Origin: Rhodovulum sulfidophilum
Lineage (GTDB): Bacteria; Pseudomonadota; Alphaproteobacteria; Rhodobacterales; Rhodobacteraceae
Length of the DNA: 64,000 bases
Assembly: GCA_003241785.1 (NCBI GenBank)
Contig: QFPW01000013.1
Coordinates: 53,420-117,419, forward strand
Direction of reading: 5' to 3'
Shown in pieces: positions 36,637 to 45,967 of the stretch. The position numbers and the translations under genes were made by a program. The first letter of the stretch is position 1. Each line of letters opens with the position of its first letter. Below the pieces are notes generated by a model that did no database searches, was not told the DNA's origin, and worked only from the letters and a program-made list of their open reading frames with translations.

Positions 36637-39012
36637 TTGCCCGTGACCGAAGAGACCAGAACCCTGCCCGCCCATGCCCCCGAGGCGCTGTTCCACGGCC
36701 GGAGCATCGCCGAAACGGTGGCCGCGATGACCCTCGACGAGAAGGTCGATCTCGTCTCCGGGCGCGGCATGTGGCGCAGCCGGAACATCGACCGGCTCGG
36801 GATTCCGTCGATCCTGATGACCGACGGCACCTATGGCGTGCGCTATTCGATCGACCAGATCGATCGCGAGGCGGGCAAGGTCGACCTCGCCGCCTTCCTC
36901 GGCGTGGTCAACCAGAAGGCGCGCGGCATGTCCGAGGCCTTCGGGCGCACCAGGCCCGCGACCTGCTTTCCGAACGGCTCCTCGCTCGGCTGCTCCTGGG
37001 ACGTGGAGCTCGCCCATGAGATCGGAAGCGCGCTCGCGGCCGAATGCCGGGATTTCGGCGTGCACCTGCTGCTCGGGCCGGGGATCAACACCCGCCGGAC
37101 GCCGCTCGCCGGACGGGCCTACGAATATTACTCCGAGGATCCGATCATCAACGCCGACCTGGCGGCGGGGGTGATCAACGGCCTGCAGGAGAACGGCGTC
37201 GGCGCGACGCTGAAGCATTTCGCCTGCAACAATTCCGAGGTGCAGCGCACCACGATGGACAGCGTCGTCGACGACCGCGCGCTGCGCGAGATCTATCTCT
37301 ACGGCTTCGAGCGGACGATCGAGAAGTCCCGGCCCTGGGCCGTGATGTCGAGCTACAACCGGTTGAACGGCGCGCAGGCGTCGGAGGATCCCTGGCTGCT
37401 CACCAAGGTGCTGCGCGAGGACTGGGGCTATGACGGGCTTCTGATCAGCGACTGGCACGGGATCAAGGATCCCGTCGCGGCGATCGCGGCGGGATCGGAC
37501 CTCGACATGCCCGAGGCGCCGGCGCGGATCGCCGAGCTGCGCGCGGCGGCGCAGGCGGGAGCGCTCGACATCGAGGCGCTCGACCGGGCCTGCGCGCGGG
37601 TGCTGGAGCTTATCGCGAGGGTCAAGGCCGGCGAGGCGCCGGGCACGGGCTTTGACATCGCAGCCCACCATGATCTCGCGATCCGCGCGGCGCGGGAGTC
37701 GATCGTGCTGCTGCGCAACGCGGGGAGCGCGCTGCCGGTGGCTCCCGGAGCCCGGATCGCGGTGATCGGCCGGGCGGCGGAGCATCCGATCATCCAGGGC
37801 TCGGGCTCGGCGACGACCAATCCCTATCGCGTCGAACGCCCGCTCGACGCGATCCGCGCCCTCGCGCCCGGCTGCGCCTATGCCCCCGCCTACGAGGCCG
37901 GCGGCGAGGCGACGCCGCCGTTGATCGAGGAAGCGCTCGCCGTGGCGCGGGCCGCCGAGGTCGCGCTGGTCTTCGTCCATGCCGAGAATGGCGAGGATGG
38001 CGAGGGCGCCGACCGCCGCTCCCTCGGGCTCGCGCAAGGGCAGGACGCGCTCATCGCGCGTCTGGCCGAGACCGGGACGCGGATCGTCGTGGTCGTCGCC
38101 TCGCCCGACGCGGTCGAGATGCCCTGGGCGGAGGATGTCGGCGCGATCCTCGCCTGTTTCTTCGCTGGGCAGGGATTCGGCGCCGCGCTCGCGGATCTCG
38201 TCTTCGGCCGGGCCAATCCCTCGGGGAAGCTCTCCGTGACCTTTCCCCGGAGCCTCCGCGACGTGCCGGGCTATCTGAGCTATCCGGGCGAAAACGGCCG
38301 GCATCCCTATGTCGAGGGGATCTACGTCGGCTACCGCGGCTACGAGAAGCGCGGGGTCGCGCCGCTCTATCCCTTCGGCCACGGGCTGAGCTACACTTCC
38401 TTCGAGTATCAGGCGCTCTCTTGCGACCGCTACATGATCGGCAAGGGCGAGAGCATCCGGGCGCGGTTCGAGGTCACAAACACCGGCGCGGTCGCGGGGC
38501 GGGAGATCGCCCAGCTCTACCTGCGCCCCGTCTCCCGCGATCTCGCCCGGCCGGAACGCGAGCTCAAGGCCTTCGTCAAGCTCGCCCTCGCGCCGGGCGA
38601 GACGCGCCAGGTCACGCTCACGCTCGCGCCCCGGGATTTCGCCGCCTGGGATCCCGGGTTCGGCGCCTGGGTGGTCGAGGATGGTCCCTGCGCGATCGAG
38701 ATCGGCGCCTCGCTCACCGATATCCGCCTGCGCTGCGACCTCATGGTCGCCACGGGCGAGGCGCGGCATGGCTTCGTCACGCTCGAGACCCAGCCGAAGT
38801 TCATCCTCGCCTATCCGAAGGCGCGCGCGGCCTTCGTCGCTTTCCTGACGGAGCGGATGTCGGTGACCGAGTCGGAGGCGGACCGGATGCTCGCCTTCTG
38901 CGTCACCTCCTTCTTCGGCATCCACACGACGCTCAACTACTTCTTCAAGCAGTCCTTCGGCCGCGCGGAGATCCAGGGCGTGATCGACGCGATCAACAGC
39001 CCGGCGCCCTGA
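36637..39012 (+). CDS. Glycoside hydrolase family 3 beta-glucosidase
   Basis: GH3 blocks are MTLDEKVDLVSG, KHFACNNSE, GLLISDWHG (SDW nucleophile region) and the FnIII-like C-terminal EIAQLYL. No in-frame ATG lies near the 5' end, so the start is TTG 36637 or GTG 36643. Confidence 0.85.
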   Translation: MPVTEETRTLPAHAPEALFHGRSIAETVAAMTLDEKVDLVSGRGMWRSRNIDRLGIPSILMTDGTYGVRYSIDQIDREAGKVDLAAFLGVVNQKARGMSEAFGRTRPATCFPNGSSLGCSWDVELAHEIGSALAAECRDFGVHLLLGPGINTRRTPLAGRAYEYYSEDPIINADLAAGVINGLQENGVGATLKHFACNNSEVQRTTMDSVVDDRALREIYLYGFERTIEKSRPWAVMSSYNRLNGAQASEDPWLLTKVLREDWGYDGLLISDWHGIKDPVAAIAAGSDLDMPEAPARIAELRAAAQAGALDIEALDRACARVLELIARVKAGEAPGTGFDIAAHHDLAIRAARESIVLLRNAGSALPVAPGARIAVIGRAAEHPIIQGSGSATTNPYRVERPLDAIRALAPGCAYAPAYEAGGEATPPLIEEALAVARAAEVALVFVHAENGEDGEGADRRSLGLAQGQDALIARLAETGTRIVVVVASPDAVEMPWAEDVGAILACFFAGQGFGAALADLVFGRANPSGKLSVTFPRSLRDVPGYLSYPGENGRHPYVEGIYVGYRGYEKRGVAPLYPFGHGLSYTSFEYQALSCDRYMIGKGESIRARFEVTNTGAVAGREIAQLYLRPVSRDLARPERELKAFVKLALAPGETRQVTLTLAPRDFAAWDPGFGAWVVEDGPCAIEIGASLTDIRLRCDLMVATGEARHGFVTLETQPKFILAYPKARAAFVAFLTERMSVTESEADRMLAFCVTSFFGIHTTLNYFFKQSFGRAEIQGVIDAINSPAP

Positions 39013-39034
39013 AGCGGCCGGGCCGGATCGGCGC

Positions 39035-39982
39035 TCAGGCGGCGACGTCGACGCAGAGCTTCACGTTCGGCGAGGCCGCCTGGCTCTTCCAGACCTCGGC
39101 GATGTCGCTCAGCGCGACCCGCCGGGTCGGCACCGAAAGCCGCCCGGCGAGCGCATGGGCGCAGAGATCGGCATAGGCCCCGCGCCGCGTCTCGGGCGCC
39201 GCGACCGACGAGGAATAGCCGAGGATGGCCGCCGGCTTGCCGCGCATGAAGGCCGGGGCGAGATCGACCGAGCGCGAAGCGGAATGGCCGAGCTGGACCA
39301 GCCGGCCGTTCCGGGTCGCGGCCATCAGCGCGGCGACGGCGGGCACGCCCCAGACAGGGTCGATGACGACGTCGAGCCGGCCGGCGCAGGCCGCGCGCAT
39401 CCGTTCGGCGAGCGCCTCGGGCGTCTCCCCGTCCTCGAGCACCACGAGCGCGTCGGCCCCGAGCGTCTCGAGCCTGGCGAGGGTCGCGCGGTCGCGCCCC
39501 GCCGCGACGACCCGGCCCGCGCCGAGGAGCTTGGCCGCCTGAACCGCGAACTGCCCGACGATCCCGGTCGCGCCGAGCACGAGAACCGTCTCGCCGGGGG
39601 CGAGCGCGGCGCGGTCGGTCAGCGACGTCCAGGCGGTCAGCCCGCCGATCCCGAGCGCGACCGCCATCTCGTCGGCGAGACCGTCGGGGATGTCATAGAC
39701 CCGCTCCGGCGCGGCCAGCGCCTGCTCGGCCATCGCGCCCGCCGGCGCCTGCGCCCCGAAATAGACCCGGCGGCCGCCGGCCAGGCCGACGCCCTCGTTG
39801 CCGGGAACCCGCGGGAAGCCCGCCCCCGGCTGGGTCGCGAGGAAGATGTCGATCGGATTCATCCCCGCGAGCGTCACGTCGATGAGCAGGGTCCCGTCCC
39901 GGGCCTCGGGCCGGGCGACCGTGCCATAGGCGGGGGCGCCGGGTCCGGTGAGGACGGCGGCTTTCATTTCGGAAGCTGTCAT
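39035..39982 (-). CDS. Zinc-type alcohol dehydrogenase / NADPH:quinone oxidoreductase family protein
   Basis: The start MTASEMKAAVLTGPG follows GGAGTGG and overlaps the upstream permease stop (ATGA). MDR blocks are PGNEGVG and LVLGATGIVGQFAVQAAKLLGA. Confidence 0.8.
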   Translation of the reverse strand: MTASEMKAAVLTGPGAPAYGTVARPEARDGTLLIDVTLAGMNPIDIFLATQPGAGFPRVPGNEGVGLAGGRRVYFGAQAPAGAMAEQALAAPERVYDIPDGLADEMAVALGIGGLTAWTSLTDRAALAPGETVLVLGATGIVGQFAVQAAKLLGAGRVVAAGRDRATLARLETLGADALVVLEDGETPEALAERMRAACAGRLDVVIDPVWGVPAVAALMAATRNGRLVQLGHSASRSVDLAPAFMRGKPAAILGYSSSVAAPETRRGAYADLCAHALAGRLSVPTRRVALSDIAEVWKSQAASPNVKLCVDVAA

Positions 39983-40737
39983 TTTCCACTCCAATGCACA
40001 GCGCGGCGTTCCAGATAGAGGAACAGCAGATTGAGGGCGTAGCCGAGCAGGCCGGCGGCGAGGATCGCGGCGTACATCCGCGGCATGTCGAAGATCATCT
40101 GCGCGTTCATGATCCGCTGTCCGAGCCCGTCGGTCGAGCCGATGAACATCTCGGCCACGATCACGATGACGAGCGCGATCGAGATGCCGTTGCGCATGCC
40201 GACGAAGGTCTGCGGCAGTGATTCCCAGAGCGTGACGTCGATCAGCACCCGAAGGCGGCCCGCCCCCATTACCCGCGCCGCGAGCTGGCGCAGCTTGCGC
40301 GCGTTCATGACGCCATAGGCGACGTTGAACAGGATCGCGAGCGCGGCGCCGAAGGCCGCCACGGCGATCTTGGTCGCCTCGCCGGTGCCGAAGAGCACGA
40401 GAAAGAGCGGGAAGAGCGCCGAGGCGGGCGTCGAACGGAAGAAGTCGATCAGAAGCTCGATCGAGCGATAGACCCGCTCGGAGGCGCCGAGCAGGATGCC
40501 AAGCGGCACCGCCACCGCGGTCGCGATCAGGAAGGACCAGGTGGCGCGCAGGATCGTGCGCGAGAAATCGGTCCAGAGCGTGCCGCGGAAAAGATCCTGG
40601 ACGAAGGCGGCGAGCGCCTCCCCGGGCGAGGGCAGAAGCACGGGATCGACCACGCCGAGCCGGGCGACCACCGCCCAGATCAGCAGGAGGCCGATGGCGC
40701 CGTAAAGCGGCCGCAGGCATGCGAGCGTCGCCTTCAT
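39979..40737 (-). CDS. ABC transporter permease (NitT/TauT family)
   Basis: The internal start MKATLACLRPLYGAIGLLLIW begins a 6-TM BPD-transport domain. ATGA overlaps link it to both neighbours. Confidence 0.8.
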   Translation of the reverse strand: MKATLACLRPLYGAIGLLLIWAVVARLGVVDPVLLPSPGEALAAFVQDLFRGTLWTDFSRTILRATWSFLIATAVAVPLGILLGASERVYRSIELLIDFFRSTPASALFPLFLVLFGTGEATKIAVAAFGAALAILFNVAYGVMNARKLRQLAARVMGAGRLRVLIDVTLWESLPQTFVGMRNGISIALVIVIVAEMFIGSTDGLGQRIMNAQMIFDMPRMYAAILAAGLLGYALNLLFLYLERRAVHWSGK

Positions 40738-41546
40738 CTGCGCACCTCGCGCTGGAAGATCTCGAGCGTCGCGGTCTTTACCGCGATGAATTCGGGCGAG
40801 AGGCTGGTCTCGGCCGTGCGGGGCCGCGGCGCGTCGAAGGCGACGCGGCCCGCGACCCGCGTCGGCTTCTTGGTCAGGAGCAGGATCTCGTCCGCGAGAT
40901 GCACCGCCTCGTCGAGATCGTGGGAGACGAGCAGCGTCGTCACCCCCCGCCCGACCAGCGCGTGCTGCAGCTTCTCGCGCAGGAAGAGCGTCATTTCGTA
41001 GTCGAGCGCCGAGAAGGGCTCGTCGAGGAACAGGACCTCGGGCTCGATGACCATGGCCCGCATGATCGAGACGAGCTGCTGCTGACCGCCCGACATCTCG
41101 TAGGGATAGCGGTGGAGGTCGACGCGCACGTCGAAGGCCGCGAGGACCCGCTCGAGCCGCGCCTCGCGCTCGCGCCTGGCGAGGCCGAGGAACTTCAGCG
41201 GATAGCGGATGTTGTCGATCGCGCGGAGCCAGGGAAAGACCGCCTCGCGATAGTTCTGGAAGACATAGCCGATCCGGGTTTCCCGCACCGGCTTGCCGTC
41301 GAAGAGCACGCTGCCCGCGTCCATCGGCAGGATGCCGGAGATCATGTTGATGAGCGTGCTCTTGCCGCAGCCGTTCGGGCCGAAGATCGACACGATCTTG
41401 CCCCGCTCGATATCGAGATCGAAATTCTCGTAGAGCGGGGCGCCGTCGAAGCGCTTGCACAATCCCCGGATCGCGATGTGGGTCGCGGCTCGCGGCGCCA
41501 CTCCGGCGGAGCCTTCCGGCCGCGCGCGTCGCAGGCTTGAAATCAT
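40734..41546 (-). CDS. ABC transporter ATP-binding protein (NitT/TauT family)
   Basis: The start MISSLRR follows CAGGAGG. Motifs are Walker A GPNGCGKST, signature MSGGQQQL and Walker B LFLDEPFS. Confidence 0.85.
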   Translation of the reverse strand: MISSLRRARPEGSAGVAPRAATHIAIRGLCKRFDGAPLYENFDLDIERGKIVSIFGPNGCGKSTLINMISGILPMDAGSVLFDGKPVRETRIGYVFQNYREAVFPWLRAIDNIRYPLKFLGLARREREARLERVLAAFDVRVDLHRYPYEMSGGQQQLVSIMRAMVIEPEVLFLDEPFSALDYEMTLFLREKLQHALVGRGVTTLLVSHDLDEAVHLADEILLLTKKPTRVAGRVAFDAPRPRTAETSLSPEFIAVKTATLEIFQREVRR

Positions 41547-41626
41547 CCTGGCCTCCTGTCCGGAATGGCCGGCGGGACGGAGGCGCCGGAGCCGCCCGTC
41601 CACCGGGATATCGACCGCGGCGCGGC

Positions 41627-42598
41627 TCAGAGCGGGGCCAGCAGGCTCCGCGCGTCGACGTCCGCGTTCACGACGCCGAAGGAGACGCCGGTGTCGATGA
41701 ACTTCTGGAAATCGGCGATCTGCTTCTCCGTCAGGTCCCGGGCCATGACGAAATGCGCGAGCGGCACGTCGGCCGCCACGGAGTCCGGCACGTTGAGATC
41801 GGAGGTGAGGAAGGCGCGCACGCTCGGATCGTCGCGCACGTCGGCGAGGGCCTTTTCCCAGGCCCGGGCAAAGCGCGCCGCGACCTCGGGCTTCTCGGCG
41901 AGCAGCCTGCCCGAGACCGCCGCGCCGGCGGCGTAGGTGTCGGCCTCGGGATCTTCGAGCAGATAGGTCGACATGACGCCGGCCTCGATCCGCCGCGCGA
42001 TGCCCGCCTGGATCATGATGCTCGCCACCGGCTCGAGCGTGTAGCCGCCGTCGAAATTGCCGGATTTGAGCGCGCCCACCTGCACCCCGAGCGGCTGTTC
42101 CTGCATCTGGTAGTCGGCGCCGTCGGCGAGGCCGACCTTGCCGAGGATCGCCTTGGCCGAGGCGATGTTCGCGGGTCCCGGCGAGGTGAAGAGCGTCATG
42201 CCCTTGAGATCGGCCAGGGTCCGCGCGTCGCTGTCGGCGCGCACGACGAACTGCTCGAAGACGTGTTCCCGGTTCTGGCCGACGAGCGAGATGTATTTGA
42301 CGGTGTCCGGCCGGCGGGAATCGATGTTCGCGCCCTCGAGCGTCACGAGGTTCGAGGTGGCGTCGATCTCGCCCGTCACCAGCGACTGGACGATGAGCGC
42401 CGGGGTGCCGAGCAGCACGGTCTCGGGCTCCAGCCCTTCCTCGGCGAAATAGCCGCGATCGAGCGCGACGTAATAGGGCAGCGCGGCGCCGACCGCGAAG
42501 ACGCCGACCTTGATCTTGTCGGCCGCGAGGCCCGGCTGCGCGGTCAGCGAGAGGAGGGCGGCCCAGAGCGCGGCCGAAAGGAGACGGGGTCTTCGCAT
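41627..42598 (-). CDS. ABC transporter substrate-binding protein (NMT1/SsuA-like)
   Basis: The internal start MRRPRLLSAALWAALLSLTAQPGLAA is a signal peptide. A periplasmic-binding fold typical of NitT/TauT systems follows (KIKVGVFAVGAALPYYVALDRGYF). Confidence 0.75.
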   Translation of the reverse strand: MRRPRLLSAALWAALLSLTAQPGLAADKIKVGVFAVGAALPYYVALDRGYFAEEGLEPETVLLGTPALIVQSLVTGEIDATSNLVTLEGANIDSRRPDTVKYISLVGQNREHVFEQFVVRADSDARTLADLKGMTLFTSPGPANIASAKAILGKVGLADGADYQMQEQPLGVQVGALKSGNFDGGYTLEPVASIMIQAGIARRIEAGVMSTYLLEDPEADTYAAGAAVSGRLLAEKPEVAARFARAWEKALADVRDDPSVRAFLTSDLNVPDSVAADVPLAHFVMARDLTEKQIADFQKFIDTGVSFGVVNADVDARSLLAPL

Positions 42599-42633
42599 GG
42601 ATCTCGGATCCTTCTGGGAGGGGATGACGCGGG

Positions 42634-43173
42634 TTATTTCATCTCCGGCGGCGGGTGGTCGAGGCCACCGGCCGACAGGAACAGCGCCAGGAGCGGATAG
42701 TAGCCGGAGATCGCCACGACCTCGCTCGCCGCGGTCCGGCCGAGCAGCGCCGCGAGCTCGGCGAGCGTGTCCGGGGGCACCCGGTGCTCGCGCACCGCGG
42801 CCCGGCAGAGCGTGATGACGAGGCAGGCGGCGCGATCCTCGGGGATCGTCTCGACCGCCCCCGAGAGGGTCGCCGCGATCACCGCCTCGGACATGCCGAG
42901 ATCGCGCGCGATGGCGGCGTGATAGTCCCATTCATAGCCCGAGCCGAAGGCGCCGGCCGCGGCCATGATCGCGACCTCGCGCGCCGGGGCGTCGAGCGCG
43001 CCGTCGAAGCGGATCGCGGCGCCGACCGCCTGGATCGCATCGGCGAGCCCCGGCGCGTCGAGCATCGCGAGGAAGGGATAGGGCACGTCCCGGCGCGGGC
43101 CGGATGCGATCAGGTCGTAGGTGCGACGTTGGACGGGCGTGAACGCGTCCTTGTCCCGGGCGCCGATGAGCAT
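42634..43173 (-). CDS. Carboxymuconolactone decarboxylase (AhpD-like) family protein
   Basis: The 179-aa all-helical protein carries the block AAGAFGSGYEWDYHAAIARDLG, typical of CMD-family members. Confidence 0.65.
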   Translation of the reverse strand: MLIGARDKDAFTPVQRRTYDLIASGPRRDVPYPFLAMLDAPGLADAIQAVGAAIRFDGALDAPAREVAIMAAAGAFGSGYEWDYHAAIARDLGMSEAVIAATLSGAVETIPEDRAACLVITLCRAAVREHRVPPDTLAELAALLGRTAASEVVAISGYYPLLALFLSAGGLDHPPPEMK

Positions 43174-43246
43174 GGTCCTCGCTTTCAGGTTCTGGGCGGG
43201 AAGGCCGCGCGGCGGCGGCCCTCCCCGGGTGTCTCGGCGGCGTTTC

Positions 43247-44095
43247 TCAGCGCCGGTCGAAGATCGCCTTGGCGACGTTGCCGACCGCCTCGACCTTCTC
43301 TTCGACGTCTTCCATCAGCAGGATGCGGCAGGGGCTCGCCTCCAGTCCGTCATAGCGCCACGGATAGGCGCCGATCACCCCGCGCTTGTTGAGGCAGAGC
43401 TCGATGTCGCCGCCGATGTTCTCCGCGTGGATCAGGCCGCGGTCGAACCCGTAGGCGTGGAAGGGGAAGATATTGTCGGTGATCTCCCGGCCCGAGAGGG
43501 AATGGGTGTAGTTGAAGTCGCCGAAGAATTCGGCGCAGCTCATGCCGACCTTCTCCTCGAACTTCTTCGCGAGGTCCGGGCGCATCTCGCGGATCGAGGT
43601 GTTCATCGCATGGTCGCCCGAGCCACAGTCGACGCCGAACCACTTGATCTTCCTGTCGAGCATCCATTCGAGCAGCTCGACCTTGCCGCCCGGGTGCATG
43701 CAGAAGTACTTCACCAGATCCTGCTCGGGCTGACCTTCCCAGTGGCGGTGCCAGCCGGTGTGCAGGATCAGGATGTCGCCGTCCTTCACCTCGACCGGCG
43801 CGCTCTCGATCATCTCCGGCGTGATGATCGCCCAGTCCTCCATATGCTCGGAGACGTCGACGACCGCGCCGGGACCGACCAGGAAATCCATCGCATAGGA
43901 GGCCATGTCGCCCATGCCGTCGGTGCCGTGCATCGCGCCGTCGATATGGGTGCCCGTGTGCAGCGCCACGTCGACCCGCTGCGCGACGATGCGCTTGGTC
44001 TGGAGGTTCTGGGCGTAGTACATCTTGTTGCCCGCGTAACCGACCCATCCCGGCGTGTGGATGTTCATCAGATGGGTCATGTCGGTGATTTTCAT
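43247..44095 (-). CDS. Putative cyclase / arylformamidase (KynB, isatin-hydrolase) family metal hydrolase
   Basis: The start MKITDMTHLMN follows GGAGAAG. The metal motif LHTGTHIDGAMHG (HxGTHxDxxxH) is present, plus GDILILHTGW and FGVDCGSGD. Confidence 0.75.
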   Translation of the reverse strand: MKITDMTHLMNIHTPGWVGYAGNKMYYAQNLQTKRIVAQRVDVALHTGTHIDGAMHGTDGMGDMASYAMDFLVGPGAVVDVSEHMEDWAIITPEMIESAPVEVKDGDILILHTGWHRHWEGQPEQDLVKYFCMHPGGKVELLEWMLDRKIKWFGVDCGSGDHAMNTSIREMRPDLAKKFEEKVGMSCAEFFGDFNYTHSLSGREITDNIFPFHAYGFDRGLIHAENIGGDIELCLNKRGVIGAYPWRYDGLEASPCRILLMEDVEEKVEAVGNVAKAIFDRR

Positions 44096-44167
44096 CGTCT
44101 TCTCCGTTCGGTTCGTTTCGGCCGCGCGGCTTCGCAAGCGCGCGCGGGCAGTCTCGGACCCGCGAGG

Positions 44168-45160
44168 TCAGGGCATGTAGCTCGCGGGAAGGTCGAGTTC
44201 GCGCAGCATCCGGCGGTAGAGGATCGCCGGGGCGTCGGGCAGCCGGATGTGCAGTTCGTCACGCAGATCGGTCGGGATCTGCTCCGGACGCTGGCTCTCC
44301 ACGATCTCGCGGTCCTGCTCCATGATCGTGTCGAAGCCGCCGGTGAAGTCGCTGTCGGGCCGGTCGAGGGAATGGTTGCGCGACACCATGACGTGGATGC
44401 GGGTGGTCGTCTCGTCGAGCGGGGCGGCGAGGAAGCTCAGCAGCGTCACGTCGCCCGAGGCGCTGCGGCCGGCGGCGTCCGACCAGGTGCGCCCGCCCTC
44501 CGGGTTCACGACGCTCTTGCGATCATGGACGATGAAGGGGAACTCGACCGTGTAGTCGCGCAGCAGGTGACCGTCGTCGTAGGCGTAGGTGAATCCATCG
44601 CCCGAGCGGGCCACCTCGTAGGGCTTGATCACCGGCCCGTCGGACAGCTCGGTGTAACCCTGGTGCACGAAGTTGAAATGCGAGAAATCCATCGCGTTCT
44701 CGAGCACCCGCCCGGCCGAGGTCTTCCAGTCCCAGCTCGCGACGTAGGTCATGCGGAAGCCGGGGTCCGCCGCCACCCCCGCGAGATAGTCGGGGAAGGG
44801 CGCGGGATCCGGATCGAGCGCGACCCAGACGAAGCCATAGGCCTCGCGCACCGGATAGGCGATCGCGCGCGCCTTCCTCGGCAGCGAGGCGCCTTCCGGC
44901 AAGGACGGGATCCGGGTGCAGGTCCCGTCCGCGCCGTATCGCCAGCCGTGATACGGGCAGACGATGCCGTCGCCCTCGACCCCGCCCCTGGAAAGCGCGG
45001 CGCCGCGATGGATGCACAGGTCCTTCATCACCGCCACGACGCCGCTCTCGCCGCGCCAGAGGACAAGCTGCTCGCCCAGCATGAAGCGGCGAAGCGGCGT
45101 GGTGGTCGCCTCCTCGCTTCGGGCGATGGGGTTCCAGAAGCGGCGCAGCGGTTCGAGCAT
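44168..45160 (-). CDS. Rieske [2Fe-2S] non-heme-iron oxygenase, VanA/phthalate-family type (alpha subunit only)
   Basis: The Rieske motif is CIHRGAALSRG...CPYHGWRY. The mononuclear-iron motif is ENAMDFSHFNFVH (NxxDxxHxxxxH). The ORF is 330 aa with a GGAG RBS. Confidence 0.85.
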   Translation of the reverse strand: MLEPLRRFWNPIARSEEATTTPLRRFMLGEQLVLWRGESGVVAVMKDLCIHRGAALSRGGVEGDGIVCPYHGWRYGADGTCTRIPSLPEGASLPRKARAIAYPVREAYGFVWVALDPDPAPFPDYLAGVAADPGFRMTYVASWDWKTSAGRVLENAMDFSHFNFVHQGYTELSDGPVIKPYEVARSGDGFTYAYDDGHLLRDYTVEFPFIVHDRKSVVNPEGGRTWSDAAGRSASGDVTLLSFLAAPLDETTTRIHVMVSRNHSLDRPDSDFTGGFDTIMEQDREIVESQRPEQIPTDLRDELHIRLPDAPAILYRRMLRELDLPASYMP

Positions 45161-45188
45161 GGCTAACTCCGGTTGGTTGGCTCGGGCC

Positions 45189-45902
45189 TCACACCCCGAG
45201 GAAAAGCTCGCGGAAATTGTCCGCGGCGAGCAGGTCGCGGGCCGTCTCGCGCAGCCGGACGGTTCCGGTCGACATCACGATCACCTCGTCTGACAGACCG
45301 ATCACCTGCTGCGGGTTCTCCTCGACCACCCAGACGACGCCGACGCCGCCCCGATTGATCTCGGCGATGCCGCGCGCGACCTCGTCGGTCATCGAGGGGG
45401 AGAGGCCCGAGACGGGCTCGTCGAGGATGATGAGCTTCGGCTCGTTGATCAGCGCCGAGGCGATGGCGAGCATTTGCCGCTCGCCGCCGGAGAGCGAGCT
45501 GCCGTGCTGGGAGCGTCGCTCGACGAGCCGGGGGAAGCGCGCATAGGCCGCGTCGATCGCCCGCCGCCGCGCGGCGGCCGAGAGGAGCAGGCTGCTCATC
45601 TCGAGATTTTCGTGCACCGTCAGCGAACGGAAGACGTTGCGCGTCTGGGGCACGTAGCCGAGCCCCGCCGCGGCGATCTCCTGCGTCGGCCTGCCGGTGA
45701 TGTCCCGCCCGTCGAAGAGCACGCGCCCGCCCATGACCGTGCACTGGTTCATGATCGCGCGGGTGAGCGAGGTCTTGCCCGCGCCGTTCGGTCCGATGAC
45801 CGACAGCATCGTTCCCTGGGCGAGATCAAGCGAGACGTCGTGCAGCACCGGCAGCTTGCCGTAGCCGGCGACGAGGTTCTGGATCGACAGGATCGGTGTC
45901 AT
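45189..45902 (-). CDS. livF: Branched-chain amino acid-type ABC transporter ATP-binding protein (LivF-like)
   Basis: Motifs are Walker A GPNGAGKTS, signature LSGGERQM and Walker B IILDEPVSGL. Confidence 0.85.
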   Translation of the reverse strand: MTPILSIQNLVAGYGKLPVLHDVSLDLAQGTMLSVIGPNGAGKTSLTRAIMNQCTVMGGRVLFDGRDITGRPTQEIAAAGLGYVPQTRNVFRSLTVHENLEMSSLLLSAAARRRAIDAAYARFPRLVERRSQHGSSLSGGERQMLAIASALINEPKLIILDEPVSGLSPSMTDEVARGIAEINRGGVGVVWVVEENPQQVIGLSDEVIVMSTGTVRLRETARDLLAADNFRELFLGV

Positions 45903-45967
45903 GGGACGCTTTCGGGGGGGGCGGGTCCGGGAGGCCGACGGGCCTTCCGGACCCCGAGGGAGGGGGA

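Noticed and set aside
39013-39034. Bidirectional terminators at the short convergent junctions 39013-39034 and 53258-53278.
   Set aside because: Only short, imperfect GC stems are present (for example GAGGGC...GCCCTC at about 53260-53280), with no U-tracts. This is not enough to annotate them as terminators.
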